This document shows positions 7,029 through 16,770 of a DNA stretch of 32,000 nucleotides, piece after piece. The stretch is taken from NCBI RefSeq assembly GCF_000260965.1, contig NC_017856.1, positions 1 to 32,000 of the forward strand, in the 5' to 3' direction. The notes beneath the pieces are model-generated. The model worked only from the letters and a program-made list of their open reading frames with translations. It searched no databases and was not told the DNA's origin. The stretch is from Methylophaga frappieri. Its GTDB lineage: Bacteria; Pseudomonadota; Gammaproteobacteria; Nitrosococcales; Methylophagaceae. Both the position numbers and the translations under genes were made by a program. Every line of letters starts with the position of its first letter. Positions within the stretch are counted from its first letter, which is position 1.

Positions 7029-7927
7029 AACCAAACCGGCAGCGTTGCCAGACAGAGTATCGTGGTCAACGCAACAGCCGCCGCGTAAAGACTTGAGTCC
7101 AAACCATATTGTTCACAAATGACAAAACCAAACACCATGGTCGGCATTGCCGCTGCCAAGACGACGGTCATGCCAACTTCGGGTGTGACGGGCATGAACT
7201 GGACGATACCCCACACGACCGCTGGTGCCAAGACGAGTGAAATTAACGCAACCGGCAAAAGCAGCGGTAATAAGCGAAAGTGAAAGCTTTGCCAGCGAAT
7301 GCTCATACCAAGTGCAATCAGCATCAGCGGCACAACACCACCTGATAGTGTGGCCAGGGCATGATGCAATATCTCAGGTCTGGGTACTTGCAACAAATTC
7401 AACATCACGGCGAGTGTGACCGCCCATAAAGGCGGAATTCTCAGCAATGCTTTCAATGGATGGAGTGACACTTCTTGGTCGCCAAAATGGCGTGCCAACA
7501 GGATGCCTGCCGTCATTAAAACGGGCGTGCACGCAAACAGATCATACTGCAAAATCAATGAATTAGACCAACTTCCTAAAGCTTGGTCGAGAACTGGCAG
7601 CCCCAAATATGTGACATTGGGGAAGCTCGCTGCCAATAGCAGTGCGCCAGTCTGGGTCTGGCTGACGTTCAGCCAGCGCAACACGAGCCACATGGCAAAC
7701 ATTGCCGAAGCTAATGCAGACAACGCAATCAGAGAAATTTGCACTGATCCGGCATTGAGATCAGTTTGCCAGATCACATCAATAATCAAGGCAGGCAGGA
7801 GAATATAAAACACCAGATCAGTTAAAGCACGGCGATGTGCAATCGAGGAAATATGTTGTGGTGCAAATCTGTGCCACAACGCGCCACAGGCGATTAACAC
7901 GGCCATTTGTGTCAAAACACTGAACAT
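7013..7927 (-). CDS. AEC (auxin efflux carrier) family transporter
   Basis: 304-aa polytopic membrane protein whose length and hydrophobic repeat organisation fit the AEC/membrane transport family. Its 3' end overlaps the convergent cinA-like gene by 16 nt. Confidence 0.75.
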   Translation of the reverse strand: MFSVLTQMAVLIACGALWHRFAPQHISSIAHRRALTDLVFYILLPALIIDVIWQTDLNAGSVQISLIALSALASAMFAMWLVLRWLNVSQTQTGALLLAASFPNVTYLGLPVLDQALGSWSNSLILQYDLFACTPVLMTAGILLARHFGDQEVSLHPLKALLRIPPLWAVTLAVMLNLLQVPRPEILHHALATLSGGVVPLMLIALGMSIRWQSFHFRLLPLLLPVALISLVLAPAVVWGIVQFMPVTPEVGMTVVLAAAMPTMVFGFVICEQYGLDSSLYAAAVALTTILCLATLPVWFYWVS

Positions 7928-8118
7928 GGATTTCGGACTGTCTGATTTAAAACCACGATCCTAGCAATCTGCCTGATAAAACGAAAGCAAACAAACTGGT
8001 TTTACCAGCCAAAAACGCTTGCTCTGCCTGAATTGGCAGCGTATTGTTAAGCCTAATCAGTGGCCGCAGATGTGGCTTTTTTTCATGTTCTTTCAATCGC
8101 CTGGGACGGGGTGGTGAT

Positions 8119-10017
8119 ATGTCACTTTCAAAGCAGTTATTTCTTCTTGTTACGCTGATTTTTGTGATTGTGTTTGCGGTCAACTTTACCCTGAGCATGA
8201 ATAATATTCGCAGTTATCTTCAGGTGGAATCAGAAATTCATGTTCAGGATACCGCTACCTCCTTAGGTTTATCGCTTAGTCCTCACATGACCGATGAACA
8301 GGATCCCATACTGCGTACGATGATGAATGCGATTTTTGATACGGGTTACTATCGTGAAATGCGCTTGGAAAACATTGACGGTGAAGCGTTGGTGACGCTG
8401 ACTAATCCGGTTGAGATCGAGGGAGTGCCAGACTGGTTAATTACGTTGCTACCGATTGAAACAGCAACAGCGGTATCTGAAATCAGCTCAGGCTGGACGA
8501 TTAGCGGTACCTTACATGTGAGCAGCAACCCTGGGTATGGGTATCTGAAGTTATGGCAACAGTTCAGATCAACATTATTTTATAGCCTGCTGTTTTTCCT
8601 CGGGGCAATGGCATTGTTGTACGTTGTTTTACGGTTGACCCTAAAACCCTTGAATGCAATTCGCAGCCAAGCCAATGAAATCTCTGCGGGTAATTTTGTG
8701 CGCATCGAAAAAATGCCGTGGACCACGGAAGTCCGTGAAGTCGCGCAATCAATGAATAGTATGTCAGGCAAAATTGGCGGCATGATTGCGCGATTAAATG
8801 CCAAACTAGAGAATCTGACAGACAGTTTAAAACGCGATCCACTGACCGGGCTATTCAATCAGCAAACCTTTACCGAAAACATGAAAAGTGCCTTGGCGGA
8901 TGGTCAGCAAGGTCATGTGCTGTATTTAAAATTTGATGATTTGGCAGGCATAGTCCGGGATCGAGGCAAGCAAGGGGTGGATCAGTTACTCATCGACTTT
9001 GCCGATATGCTTAAGCAGCATGCGCTCGCCCCTGCTCAGTCTTATCGTCTGTATGGTTCTGAATTCGTCGTCTTATCACCGGGTACCGACAGTGGCAGCA
9101 TTCATCTGTTTGCCAAAAAGTTACAACAAGCAATTCATAATCTCGGGCAGCAATATCAAGAGAGTGATTTATTGCATATCGGTATTGTCCAATTCGAGCG
9201 TAGCAGTGAATACGCTCGGTTATTACCTGCCGCTGTCGAGGCCTATGAGCAAGCACGATTGATCGGCAGTAATGCGTATTTTGTGCGCCAGGATTCACTC
9301 AGCTCTATTAACGAGCAAGGCTGGAAAACCGCTGTTAAACGTGCGATTGAACACAATACACCAGAAATCACCTTTACCAATCAGGCCCATAATTATGAGA
9401 CAGAAGATCCACGTCTGGTAATGATGGAAGCCTTTACGCTGGTCACAGATGTCAGCGGCCAGACGCTGCCAACAGGGACTTTCTTCTCGATGGCCGAAGA
9501 GTTTGCCTTGGTTGAACAGCTGGACCGCACGATTGTGAATAAGATTCTGACGACAATGGAACATCAGCAGGTTAACAGTCCGGTCACCATTAACTTGTCC
9601 ATGCATTCCGTTGCCTCTCCAGCGTTCCGTCAGTGGTTACGCGAACGACTTGTCACCTTTTCGTTACCAGCGCACTTGCTGGTCTTTAGTGTGACGGCCT
9701 ATGCTGCGGCGAAACAGCTGCCTGTTTTTGCAGAGTTTGGCGTATTTGTTCGACGTTTAGGCGCAACTACCCTGCTCAAACGTTATAGCAGTGATGTGAT
9801 TCCGGTAGAAAAAATCAAAGAGCTGCAAGTGGATTATGTGCGTTTGGCGCGCGATTTGACTACCGATATCCATCAGCATAGTAGCAAGCCGGATTTCCTC
9901 GATATTATGCAGGAGGTTTCCAGTTTGCTTGAAATCAAAATTCTGGTGGAAAGTGTCAGCCAAGATGAAGATTTCCACTATGTGCGTCGGATTGGGCTGT
10001 ACGGTATTAGCCGTTAA
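8119..10017 (+). CDS. lapD: LapD-type inner-membrane c-di-GMP receptor (LapD/MoxY periplasmic domain, HAMP, degenerate GGDEF, degenerate EAL)
   Basis: The start is set at the ATG at 8119 (MSLSKQLFLLVTLIFVIVFAV = TM1); the longer ORF-track form reads through a hairpin and T7 tract. A second TM is followed by a HAMP-like segment. The GGDEF position reads RLYGSEF and the EAL position reads MEAFTLV. It lies immediately upstream of a LapG-type protease gene. Confidence 0.8.
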   Translation: MSLSKQLFLLVTLIFVIVFAVNFTLSMNNIRSYLQVESEIHVQDTATSLGLSLSPHMTDEQDPILRTMMNAIFDTGYYREMRLENIDGEALVTLTNPVEIEGVPDWLITLLPIETATAVSEISSGWTISGTLHVSSNPGYGYLKLWQQFRSTLFYSLLFFLGAMALLYVVLRLTLKPLNAIRSQANEISAGNFVRIEKMPWTTEVREVAQSMNSMSGKIGGMIARLNAKLENLTDSLKRDPLTGLFNQQTFTENMKSALADGQQGHVLYLKFDDLAGIVRDRGKQGVDQLLIDFADMLKQHALAPAQSYRLYGSEFVVLSPGTDSGSIHLFAKKLQQAIHNLGQQYQESDLLHIGIVQFERSSEYARLLPAAVEAYEQARLIGSNAYFVRQDSLSSINEQGWKTAVKRAIEHNTPEITFTNQAHNYETEDPRLVMMEAFTLVTDVSGQTLPTGTFFSMAEEFALVEQLDRTIVNKILTTMEHQQVNSPVTINLSMHSVASPAFRQWLRERLVTFSLPAHLLVFSVTAYAAAKQLPVFAEFGVFVRRLGATTLLKRYSSDVIPVEKIKELQVDYVRLARDLTTDIHQHSSKPDFLDIMQEVSSLLEIKILVESVSQDEDFHYVRRIGLYGISR

Positions 10018-10023
10018 CAGTCA

Positions 10024-10689
10024 ATGAATCGCAGCAGGACATTCCGTAACCTGATTGGCGGGTTTTTGCTTTGCCTTGCCATGTTGTCATGGCCGTTGGT
10101 TGCAGATATTCGTTTTTCCGAACCTTTTTTAAAGAAAATTGAAGAAAAACATAATCGCTTTTCTCGTTTGCGTTTTGAAGAGTGGCAAAGCCTGATGGAT
10201 GACGCCACGGATCTGTCTGAGCAGGAAAAACTCAACGCCGTTAATGCGTTTTTTAATCGTAATGTGCAGTTTATTGATGATCTGGCGTTATGGGGAAAAA
10301 AAGATTATTGGGCAACACCTGCCGAAATGCTGGCTATTGGTGCAGGTGATTGTGAAGACTATTCCATTGCCAAATATTTCACCTTGAAAGCGATTGGCAT
10401 TGATGAAGAAAAACTACGGATTACTTACGTAAAGGCGATTGAACTGGATCAGGCGCATATGGTGCTTACCTATTACGAAACGCCACGTTCAATGCCATTA
10501 GTTTTGGATAATCTGGTGATTGATATTGAACCCGCAAATCGCCGGCCAGATCTGATTCCTGTTTATAGTTTTAATGGACGTGGTTTATGGCTGTCCAAGT
10601 CTCGCGGTACCGGGCAACGGGTTGGTGATGCATCTCGCTTGTCACTCTGGGAAGATCTCGTTAACCGAATGCAGGCAGAAGACTTTTAA
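10024..10689 (+). CDS. lapG: transglutaminase-like periplasmic cysteine protease (BTLCP), LapG type
   Basis: 221 aa with a signal peptide, the ...DYWATPAEMLAIGAGDCEDYSIAKYFTL... catalytic Cys context and a downstream ...QAHMVL...VLDN... His/Asp region. It starts 6 nt after lapD. Confidence 0.85.
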   Translation: MNRSRTFRNLIGGFLLCLAMLSWPLVADIRFSEPFLKKIEEKHNRFSRLRFEEWQSLMDDATDLSEQEKLNAVNAFFNRNVQFIDDLALWGKKDYWATPAEMLAIGAGDCEDYSIAKYFTLKAIGIDEEKLRITYVKAIELDQAHMVLTYYETPRSMPLVLDNLVIDIEPANRRPDLIPVYSFNGRGLWLSKSRGTGQRVGDASRLSLWEDLVNRMQAEDF

Positions 10690-11894
10690 GGCATGATGCC
10701 CAGCGTCTGATTAATTTGGGCTATGGTTTGATTGATTTCAATCTGCGTCATTTGGAGTTGATTTCGGGTGGCGTTATGTTCTGCTTCAACAAGCAATAAA
10801 GTCCGTAAGTCAATCTGACCAAGATCGAAACTTTTTTGCTGTTTGTGCTGATACGTTTCACTGAGAGAAAATTGCGCTTGGAGGCGTTGCTGCTTGTCTC
10901 TCAGTGCAGAGAGCGTATCACGTTGATGTAATAAACTACTTTCTAATCGACGCTTGAGCGACTGACGCGCCACTTCAATATTTGCGAGCTTTCTGCCAAC
11001 TTCTGCGACAGAAGCTTTGGCATAATTTGTTTGCCCAATAGGCAGAGAAATACCGAGGCCTAGACTGTTGTTAAATGGCTCAGATCCGCTACCTCGTTCT
11101 CGTTTAATCCCAAGTGAGAGATTTGGATTTTGCTTGGCGGTCAAAGAGGTACTAGCCATTTCACTATGCAGGATAGTGATTTGTTGGCTGAGTTCAGCTA
11201 GCAAGGGATGATCGACCGTAATTTTTAACGATGATGGCAGGCTTTCAACAACATTGTCGGGTAGTTGTCGTTGAGCAGTAAGGTAATAATATTGGTTGAT
11301 AGCTTGTGTCAATTCCGCTTGGGCTTGAAGATGATCATTTTGAGCTGCCATGCGATGTTGTTCGGCAATGAGTTTGTCCGTCGTCGCTAAATAGCCTTTT
11401 TCGGCCTGTGCTTTAACCGTTTCGAATAATCCTGCTGCATTATCTCGGCGGATTTCCGTTTGTCTGACGCGAGCCGCAGCATGCACCACTGTCCAAATAT
11501 GTTGTCGAACCTGTCCAGCAGCTTGTAAACGATGTTTTTGTTGATAATAAGGTAACTGATTGCTCAACTCCTGAGCCCAGTTTTGTTGTCTACGCTGTTC
11601 ACCAGATAACCAAATTGGTGCAGAAATACTCGTTTCCCATTCTTGCAAACCATTGCTACTGCCAATGGCATCGTTATAGTGAAATAAATTGAGACTGGCC
11701 GGTTCTGCAAACCAAGTTTTTGCGCGTTCAGCATACGCATCAGCGGTATCTATTATGCTTTGTTCAGCAAGTCTTTCGGGTGCCTGACGAAAGACATAAT
11801 TTGTGAGTGACGTTAAGGTGACAGGGTTAGGCTCTGCCTGACTGATACCTGCGCTACCAAACAATATAAGTACACCTAAAACGTTCCTCAGCAT
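10686..11894 (-). CDS. TolC/OEP-family outer-membrane efflux protein (short, CzcC-like size)
   Basis: 402 aa with a signal peptide ending ...GISQA/E and GAGGAG 6 nt upstream. It has two coiled-coil-rich repeats with intervening beta segments, typical of outer membrane factors. No cognate ABC/MFP or RND genes are in the window. Confidence 0.7.
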   Translation of the reverse strand: MLRNVLGVLILFGSAGISQAEPNPVTLTSLTNYVFRQAPERLAEQSIIDTADAYAERAKTWFAEPASLNLFHYNDAIGSSNGLQEWETSISAPIWLSGEQRRQQNWAQELSNQLPYYQQKHRLQAAGQVRQHIWTVVHAAARVRQTEIRRDNAAGLFETVKAQAEKGYLATTDKLIAEQHRMAAQNDHLQAQAELTQAINQYYYLTAQRQLPDNVVESLPSSLKITVDHPLLAELSQQITILHSEMASTSLTAKQNPNLSLGIKRERGSGSEPFNNSLGLGISLPIGQTNYAKASVAEVGRKLANIEVARQSLKRRLESSLLHQRDTLSALRDKQQRLQAQFSLSETYQHKQQKSFDLGQIDLRTLLLVEAEHNATRNQLQMTQIEINQTIAQINQTLGIMP

Positions 11895-11950
11895 GGTTAT
11901 CTCCTCAGCATAATATCTTCATCTGTACACTTTTTTGTGGCGTATAGCTG

Positions 11951-14746
11951 TTAATTATTGGTCACAATAATGACTCGGATCGCATCCAGACGCCATTGGC
12001 CCGTTGAAATTGCCGATAACAGCTGTGATTGTCTGTGCTGCCATAAGCTTATCTCAGCCTTTAGCGAGTTTCCTTGAATAGATTGCAGTGTTTCCAATCG
12101 GCTGACTTCTGCGTTTATTTCCTGCTCGACAGCGTGATTTGCCGAGTTTATCCATTTTTGAGTATCGTGCTGTAAGGTCTGCCAAGTTTGACGAATTAAC
12201 AGTTCAATTTGGTTGCGGGCATGACTCACCAGTTGTCTTGCCGTGGGTTTATCAATGCGTCCAGCGAGCGGATCTAATATTTCGCTAGGCAAACTTTCAG
12301 TCAATTGACGGCCCTTTTCATCTAGGACTAAACGGCGATATTGGCAAGGTAAATAGCGTTGGCTATGTAATCCGGGTGGTGCTGGAATATCAAAATAACA
12401 AAGTGATTCGATGAGTAACGTACCAGCAGGAAATCGTTCGTCTGTTAATGTGCAAAAAGCGGTATTACCCAGCTCGTGACTTAAAACGGTATCAATCGCA
12501 CTACGAATTAAGGGGTGTTCCCAACTAAAAAAAGCGATATCTTCACGTGACAAGGCTTTGTGCCGTTGAAATGTGCCGGTAATGCCCTCTTCAGGTAACG
12601 CGGGTAAATCTTGTTGCTGCATTTGCTCGCTTGGCATCAGAATAACGGTATCAGCACTGTGTGACTGATGATCTATACCAAAGGCATCACAGAAATCCGA
12701 AATAAAGTCAGCCAGTTCAATTGGTCTGCTGGCAGATTCCAATTCGGCTAGCAGGTTTTCTGCCTCGGCTGGATCAAAAGAATGCCATGCCAGTAGTTTC
12801 TCGCGGCCTGTCTGTTCCTGCGTTTTTAAGATTTGATATTGCTGGCGTGTTTCACGGATCAACGCCTTGATAGCAACATCATCTTGGGGCGAAACCATGA
12901 CAGACTGTAATTGTGCCGAAAATTGTTGGTAGAGATTTTCGCCGATGGTCTGTACCTCGCTGAATGCATCCATCCCCTTGTCATACCAATCAAGCAGGTG
13001 ATGTTGTGCACTATGTTCGATATAAGGAACATGAATGGTAACTGGGTGACGCTGACCAATGCGATCTAGGCGACCAATGCGTTGCTCCAGAATATCCGGA
13101 TGCTGAGGCAGATCTAAACAAACGAGGTCATGACAGAATTGAAAATTACGACCTTCACTACCGATTTCAGAGCAAATCAGTAATTGAGCACCGGATTCTT
13201 GCTCGGCAAAATAAGCGGCTGCCCTGTCGCGCTGTAGCAAACTCATATTTTCATGAAAAACGGCTGTCCGCAGACCATGACGAACGCGTAAAAAGGCTTC
13301 CAGTTCGCTAGCCATTTCTGCCTGCTGACAAATCAGCAACGCTTTTGCTGGTTTAAACGACTGTAACCAGCTGAGCAGCCAATCAATCCGTGGATCTGAC
13401 TCAGGCCACGGTTGTTCTGTTGTGTCTTCTGGTAGCGGATACCGTTGTAAAATGCGTTTGGGAAAGTCCCCTACATTTTGGCGGGTATTGCGGTACAGCA
13501 AGCGGCCAGTACCAAAGTAATCGAGGAGTTGTCGAAACGCTTGTTGTCTGGCGATTGCAAAGGTTTCCGGTTCGAGCAATTTTTGTAAGGTGTGTTGATC
13601 CAGCTTTTCAGTCAGCGCATTGAAATGCGTTGACTGCATCAAACTTTGAACATCAGTTGCAGTCAACAAGCACTCAATCAACATCGTAATCTGTTGATAA
13701 GCCTGTTCTTCCTGCTCAAATTGGGCCAAGCTGGAAAATCTAGCCGGATCCAGCAGCCGCAATCGAGCAAAATGGCTGGCCAGTCCGGTCTGCTGCGGGG
13801 TGGCGGTCAACAGCAGTACTGCTGGTACAAGCTCACTCAGTTTCGCCACTAATTGATAATCTGCACTCGCCTTTTCGGCCTGCCATTGCAGATGATGGGC
13901 TTCATCAACAACCAGCATATCCCATTGAGCGTCGGTTACTGCCGAACTAATAACAGTGTCAGACAGCAGTGTTTTCATGCTGGTCAGAATCAACTGATTA
14001 CTTTCAAAAGGGTTTTCGCCACTATCATGAATTGCGGTAAATCGCTCGGCATCAATTAAGGTGAAATGCAGATTAAATCGACGCAACATCTCAACCAGCC
14101 ATTGATGTAATAACGGCTCAGGCACAATTACCAATACCCGGCGGGCTCTGCCAGCCAGCCATTGTTGGTGCATGATGAGACCGGCTTCGATGGTTTTTCC
14201 CAAACCAACTTCATCGGCTAACAGCAATCGTGGAGATAAACGCTGGGCAGCCTGTGCAGCAATGTATATCTGATGTGGTAATAATTGAACTCTGGCACCC
14301 ATCAGCCCATATAACGGACTTTTTTGGCTGAGATGGTCATATTCCAGTGCTTTGCGACGCAATACAAATTGTTTGTTTTTATCGATTTGACCAATAAATA
14401 AACGTTTACCGGGATCACGAAATTGAATGCTATTTTGCAAATCTTGTTCTGGCAAAACCTGTAACGTGCCTTGGTCGTTCTGACAGGCATAAATCAGGCA
14501 GTTATTATGCTCCTGATAATCTTGCACAATCAGTTGGTTACCAGACTGATCAAATACAATGTCATTGGGCTCAAAACGAACACGAGCTAAAGGGGCGTTA
14601 TTGACGGCGTAGCGGCGAATAGCATCAGCAGCCGGAAAGCTGACTTCGATAGAACGTCCCTGCACTTCACTAATACAACCTAAACCCAGTTCAGACTCGG
14701 TATGACTGACCCAACGTTGACCAACAGCAAAATTTTCTTCCGGCAA
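11951..14746 (-). CDS. rapA: RNA polymerase-associated SNF2-family ATPase RapA (HepA)
   Basis: Colinear with E. coli RapA: N-terminal GQRWVSHTESELGLG, LLADEVGLGKTIEAG, VVDEAHHL, LLLTATPQQ and LEQRIGRLDRIGQ. The start is a TTG at 14746 with AGGAAG 5 nt upstream; there is no in-frame ATG near it. Confidence 0.95.
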   Translation of the reverse strand: MPEENFAVGQRWVSHTESELGLGCISEVQGRSIEVSFPAADAIRRYAVNNAPLARVRFEPNDIVFDQSGNQLIVQDYQEHNNCLIYACQNDQGTLQVLPEQDLQNSIQFRDPGKRLFIGQIDKNKQFVLRRKALEYDHLSQKSPLYGLMGARVQLLPHQIYIAAQAAQRLSPRLLLADEVGLGKTIEAGLIMHQQWLAGRARRVLVIVPEPLLHQWLVEMLRRFNLHFTLIDAERFTAIHDSGENPFESNQLILTSMKTLLSDTVISSAVTDAQWDMLVVDEAHHLQWQAEKASADYQLVAKLSELVPAVLLLTATPQQTGLASHFARLRLLDPARFSSLAQFEQEEQAYQQITMLIECLLTATDVQSLMQSTHFNALTEKLDQHTLQKLLEPETFAIARQQAFRQLLDYFGTGRLLYRNTRQNVGDFPKRILQRYPLPEDTTEQPWPESDPRIDWLLSWLQSFKPAKALLICQQAEMASELEAFLRVRHGLRTAVFHENMSLLQRDRAAAYFAEQESGAQLLICSEIGSEGRNFQFCHDLVCLDLPQHPDILEQRIGRLDRIGQRHPVTIHVPYIEHSAQHHLLDWYDKGMDAFSEVQTIGENLYQQFSAQLQSVMVSPQDDVAIKALIRETRQQYQILKTQEQTGREKLLAWHSFDPAEAENLLAELESASRPIELADFISDFCDAFGIDHQSHSADTVILMPSEQMQQQDLPALPEEGITGTFQRHKALSREDIAFFSWEHPLIRSAIDTVLSHELGNTAFCTLTDERFPAGTLLIESLCYFDIPAPPGLHSQRYLPCQYRRLVLDEKGRQLTESLPSEILDPLAGRIDKPTARQLVSHARNQIELLIRQTWQTLQHDTQKWINSANHAVEQEINAEVSRLETLQSIQGNSLKAEISLWQHRQSQLLSAISTGQWRLDAIRVIIVTNN

Positions 14747-14841
14747 AATGGCTTCCTGTTTATCGAGAATAGGTGAATGGCGTAGTACCGCGGGGCAGAT
14801 ATGTTAAATTGTCTGTCTGTTTTTGCCTACAACAAATGTGC

Positions 14842-15417
14842 ATGGAAAATGAAGCTGTCATTTTGGCCCGGCCTGCGGTTGCGGACTTTGAAATAAAAAA
14901 ATCCCGGTTTATTGGTATTGCCCTGTCCTGTGACAGCGAGCAGCATGCGATGCAGCAATTACGACGATTAGCTGGTGAACACAGTCATGCCAATCATTTG
15001 GCATTTGCGTGGCGAATTCGTCAGACACAAAGTGGCTTGAATGAACGCTTTTACGATGCTGGCGAGCCATCTGGCACCGCTGGCCGGCCGATTCTCGCCC
15101 CAATGCAGGGTATTAATTTAATTAATGCCGTTGTTGCGGTTGTTCGCTATTTTGGCGGCGTCAAGTTAGGCACAGGCGGTTTGACGCGGGCCTATGGTCA
15201 AGCTGCCAAGGATGCGCTGGCTGCGGCTGATATCCAGCGATGGGTACCCATGCAGCAACTGCAACTGACGATTGAATACAGCCAGCTACAACGACTCGAA
15301 TACCAACTCAAACAATGCCAGGGGCAAATGCTGGATCAACAATTTACCGATTTAGTCACGGTAACGGTTGAGCTGCCTGCTAGTGAATCTGCCGATTTTC
15401 AAGCGCAGTTTGGCTAA
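14842..15417 (+). CDS. yigZ: YigZ/IMPACT-family protein (UPF0029)
   Basis: The start is set at the ATG at 14842 (MENEAVILARPAV...EIKKSRFIG...), by colinearity with E. coli YigZ. It carries the motifs DAGEPSGTAGRPIL and VVRYFGGVKLGTGGLTRAYG. Confidence 0.85.
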   Translation: MENEAVILARPAVADFEIKKSRFIGIALSCDSEQHAMQQLRRLAGEHSHANHLAFAWRIRQTQSGLNERFYDAGEPSGTAGRPILAPMQGINLINAVVAVVRYFGGVKLGTGGLTRAYGQAAKDALAAADIQRWVPMQQLQLTIEYSQLQRLEYQLKQCQGQMLDQQFTDLVTVTVELPASESADFQAQFG

Positions 15418-16049
15418 CGGCTAAACAGGATCAGTTTCTGGTCATTCTCTAAATGGCGAAAGCCAATCTGGTCTCGAATCCAGTGCAGACTTTGCTGATG
15501 GTAAAAAAAAGCATGCGTGGCATCATTTTTGTAATGCCATTGCTTGAAATCAAGCTGCTCGTGAAATAGCGATGTCATGCAGTATAAAACCCCGCCAGGT
15601 TTGAGTAATTTTCGTAACAGGGCAAAGCTTTCTGCCGGATGATGAAAATGTTCCATGACCTCACAACAAATTATAAAGTCATATTGTCGTGACAAAGCGA
15701 TTTTATCTGGCTGAAAAAAGGGATCATAGCCGATTATCTGGTAGCCCTGACGAGTCAGTTGATGGGCGACAACGGGCCCCGGGCCTGCACCGAAATCCAG
15801 CCCGATGTCCGTGGATTTTTGTCGTTCGAGAATGGCTGTGGTGACTGGGGCGGTAAATGCCTGATAACGCGGATCATCGACTTCGTTTTGATGGGTTTGA
15901 TAAAGTGCCAATTCCGCGGCTGGTGTAGGCAGGCTTGCGACATCAAGCTGAACGGCATGACAGTGCAAGCAGGCTTCATAGTGGCGTTTTTGTACTGTAA
16001 AAAAATCACTAACCGGACTGTGGCAAAGCCGACAAAAAGAAACCGACAT
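15414..16049 (-). CDS. class I SAM-dependent methyltransferase with N-terminal Cys4 zinc-ribbon-like motif
   Basis: 211 aa. It has CRLCHS...CLHCH at the N-terminus and SAM motif I GLDFGAGPGPV. The start forms an ATGA overlap with the stop of the upstream DUF445 gene. Confidence 0.8.
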   Translation of the reverse strand: MSVSFCRLCHSPVSDFFTVQKRHYEACLHCHAVQLDVASLPTPAAELALYQTHQNEVDDPRYQAFTAPVTTAILERQKSTDIGLDFGAGPGPVVAHQLTRQGYQIIGYDPFFQPDKIALSRQYDFIICCEVMEHFHHPAESFALLRKLLKPGGVLYCMTSLFHEQLDFKQWHYKNDATHAFFYHQQSLHWIRDQIGFRHLENDQKLILFSR

Positions 16050-16765
16050 CAGATCATGAAGCTACTGATTAAGCCTATTATGCCGCCAAAAAAACCACCC
16101 CAGACGACTAACCAGCCAAGGTGCGCATGAATCATTTTCTTGATGATGTCCTTAACCATGTCGGGGGTCAGTTCAGCAAGTCTGGCATCAACAATGTGTG
16201 CCACTTGTTGCTTTAGGGCTGGTGCTTGTGTGGCGTATGCCAATTGATCATGAACCGCTTGTTGAACGGCATCACTTTGCGCAATATCAATAAATGCCAA
16301 TTGCATTTTATCAATAAAAGGCTGTTTCAACGGCGCCAACGCCTGCTCCCCGCCGAACATGGTTAACATGCCACCAAACGACGACGCCTTGATAGTCTCG
16401 GTTAGAGAGTCCCAGGCAGGTGTTAAATCGGCATGTTCAATGATCTTTTTGAAATCAATGGTTTGCGGATCCAGCTGCAATGTGCGGCTAAATCGGGACA
16501 AATGAGCCTCAGAAAAGAACTGCTGCATCAACAGATCTGCAATCGCCTGTCTAAAAGCCGCAAATTTCAGCATGATAACCCCGGAACCATATAATCCAGG
16601 GACGCGTTCGAATAACATATGGACAGCCAGCCAGTTGGTGACTGCCCCAGCGAGTGCAAATAAGCCTGTCATCATCACGGGTAACTGCCAGGCTGCCGGC
16701 AAGAACCAGCCTAAAGCGATTAACAATAGCGCAAGAAGATTGGTGATCAGGCTTTTGCTTAACAT
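16049..16765 (-). CDS. DUF445 family membrane protein
   Basis: It carries the DUF445-typical motif AGAVTNWLAVHMLFERVPGLYGSGVI and a C-terminal TM. I prefer the ATG at 16765, 5 nt after the upstream stop. The ORF-track start at 16786 is a TTG that would overlap the upstream gene by 16 nt. Confidence 0.75.
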   Translation of the reverse strand: MLSKSLITNLLALLLIALGWFLPAAWQLPVMMTGLFALAGAVTNWLAVHMLFERVPGLYGSGVIMLKFAAFRQAIADLLMQQFFSEAHLSRFSRTLQLDPQTIDFKKIIEHADLTPAWDSLTETIKASSFGGMLTMFGGEQALAPLKQPFIDKMQLAFIDIAQSDAVQQAVHDQLAYATQAPALKQQVAHIVDARLAELTPDMVKDIIKKMIHAHLGWLVVWGGFFGGIIGLISSFMI

Positions 16766-16770
16766 ACCAA

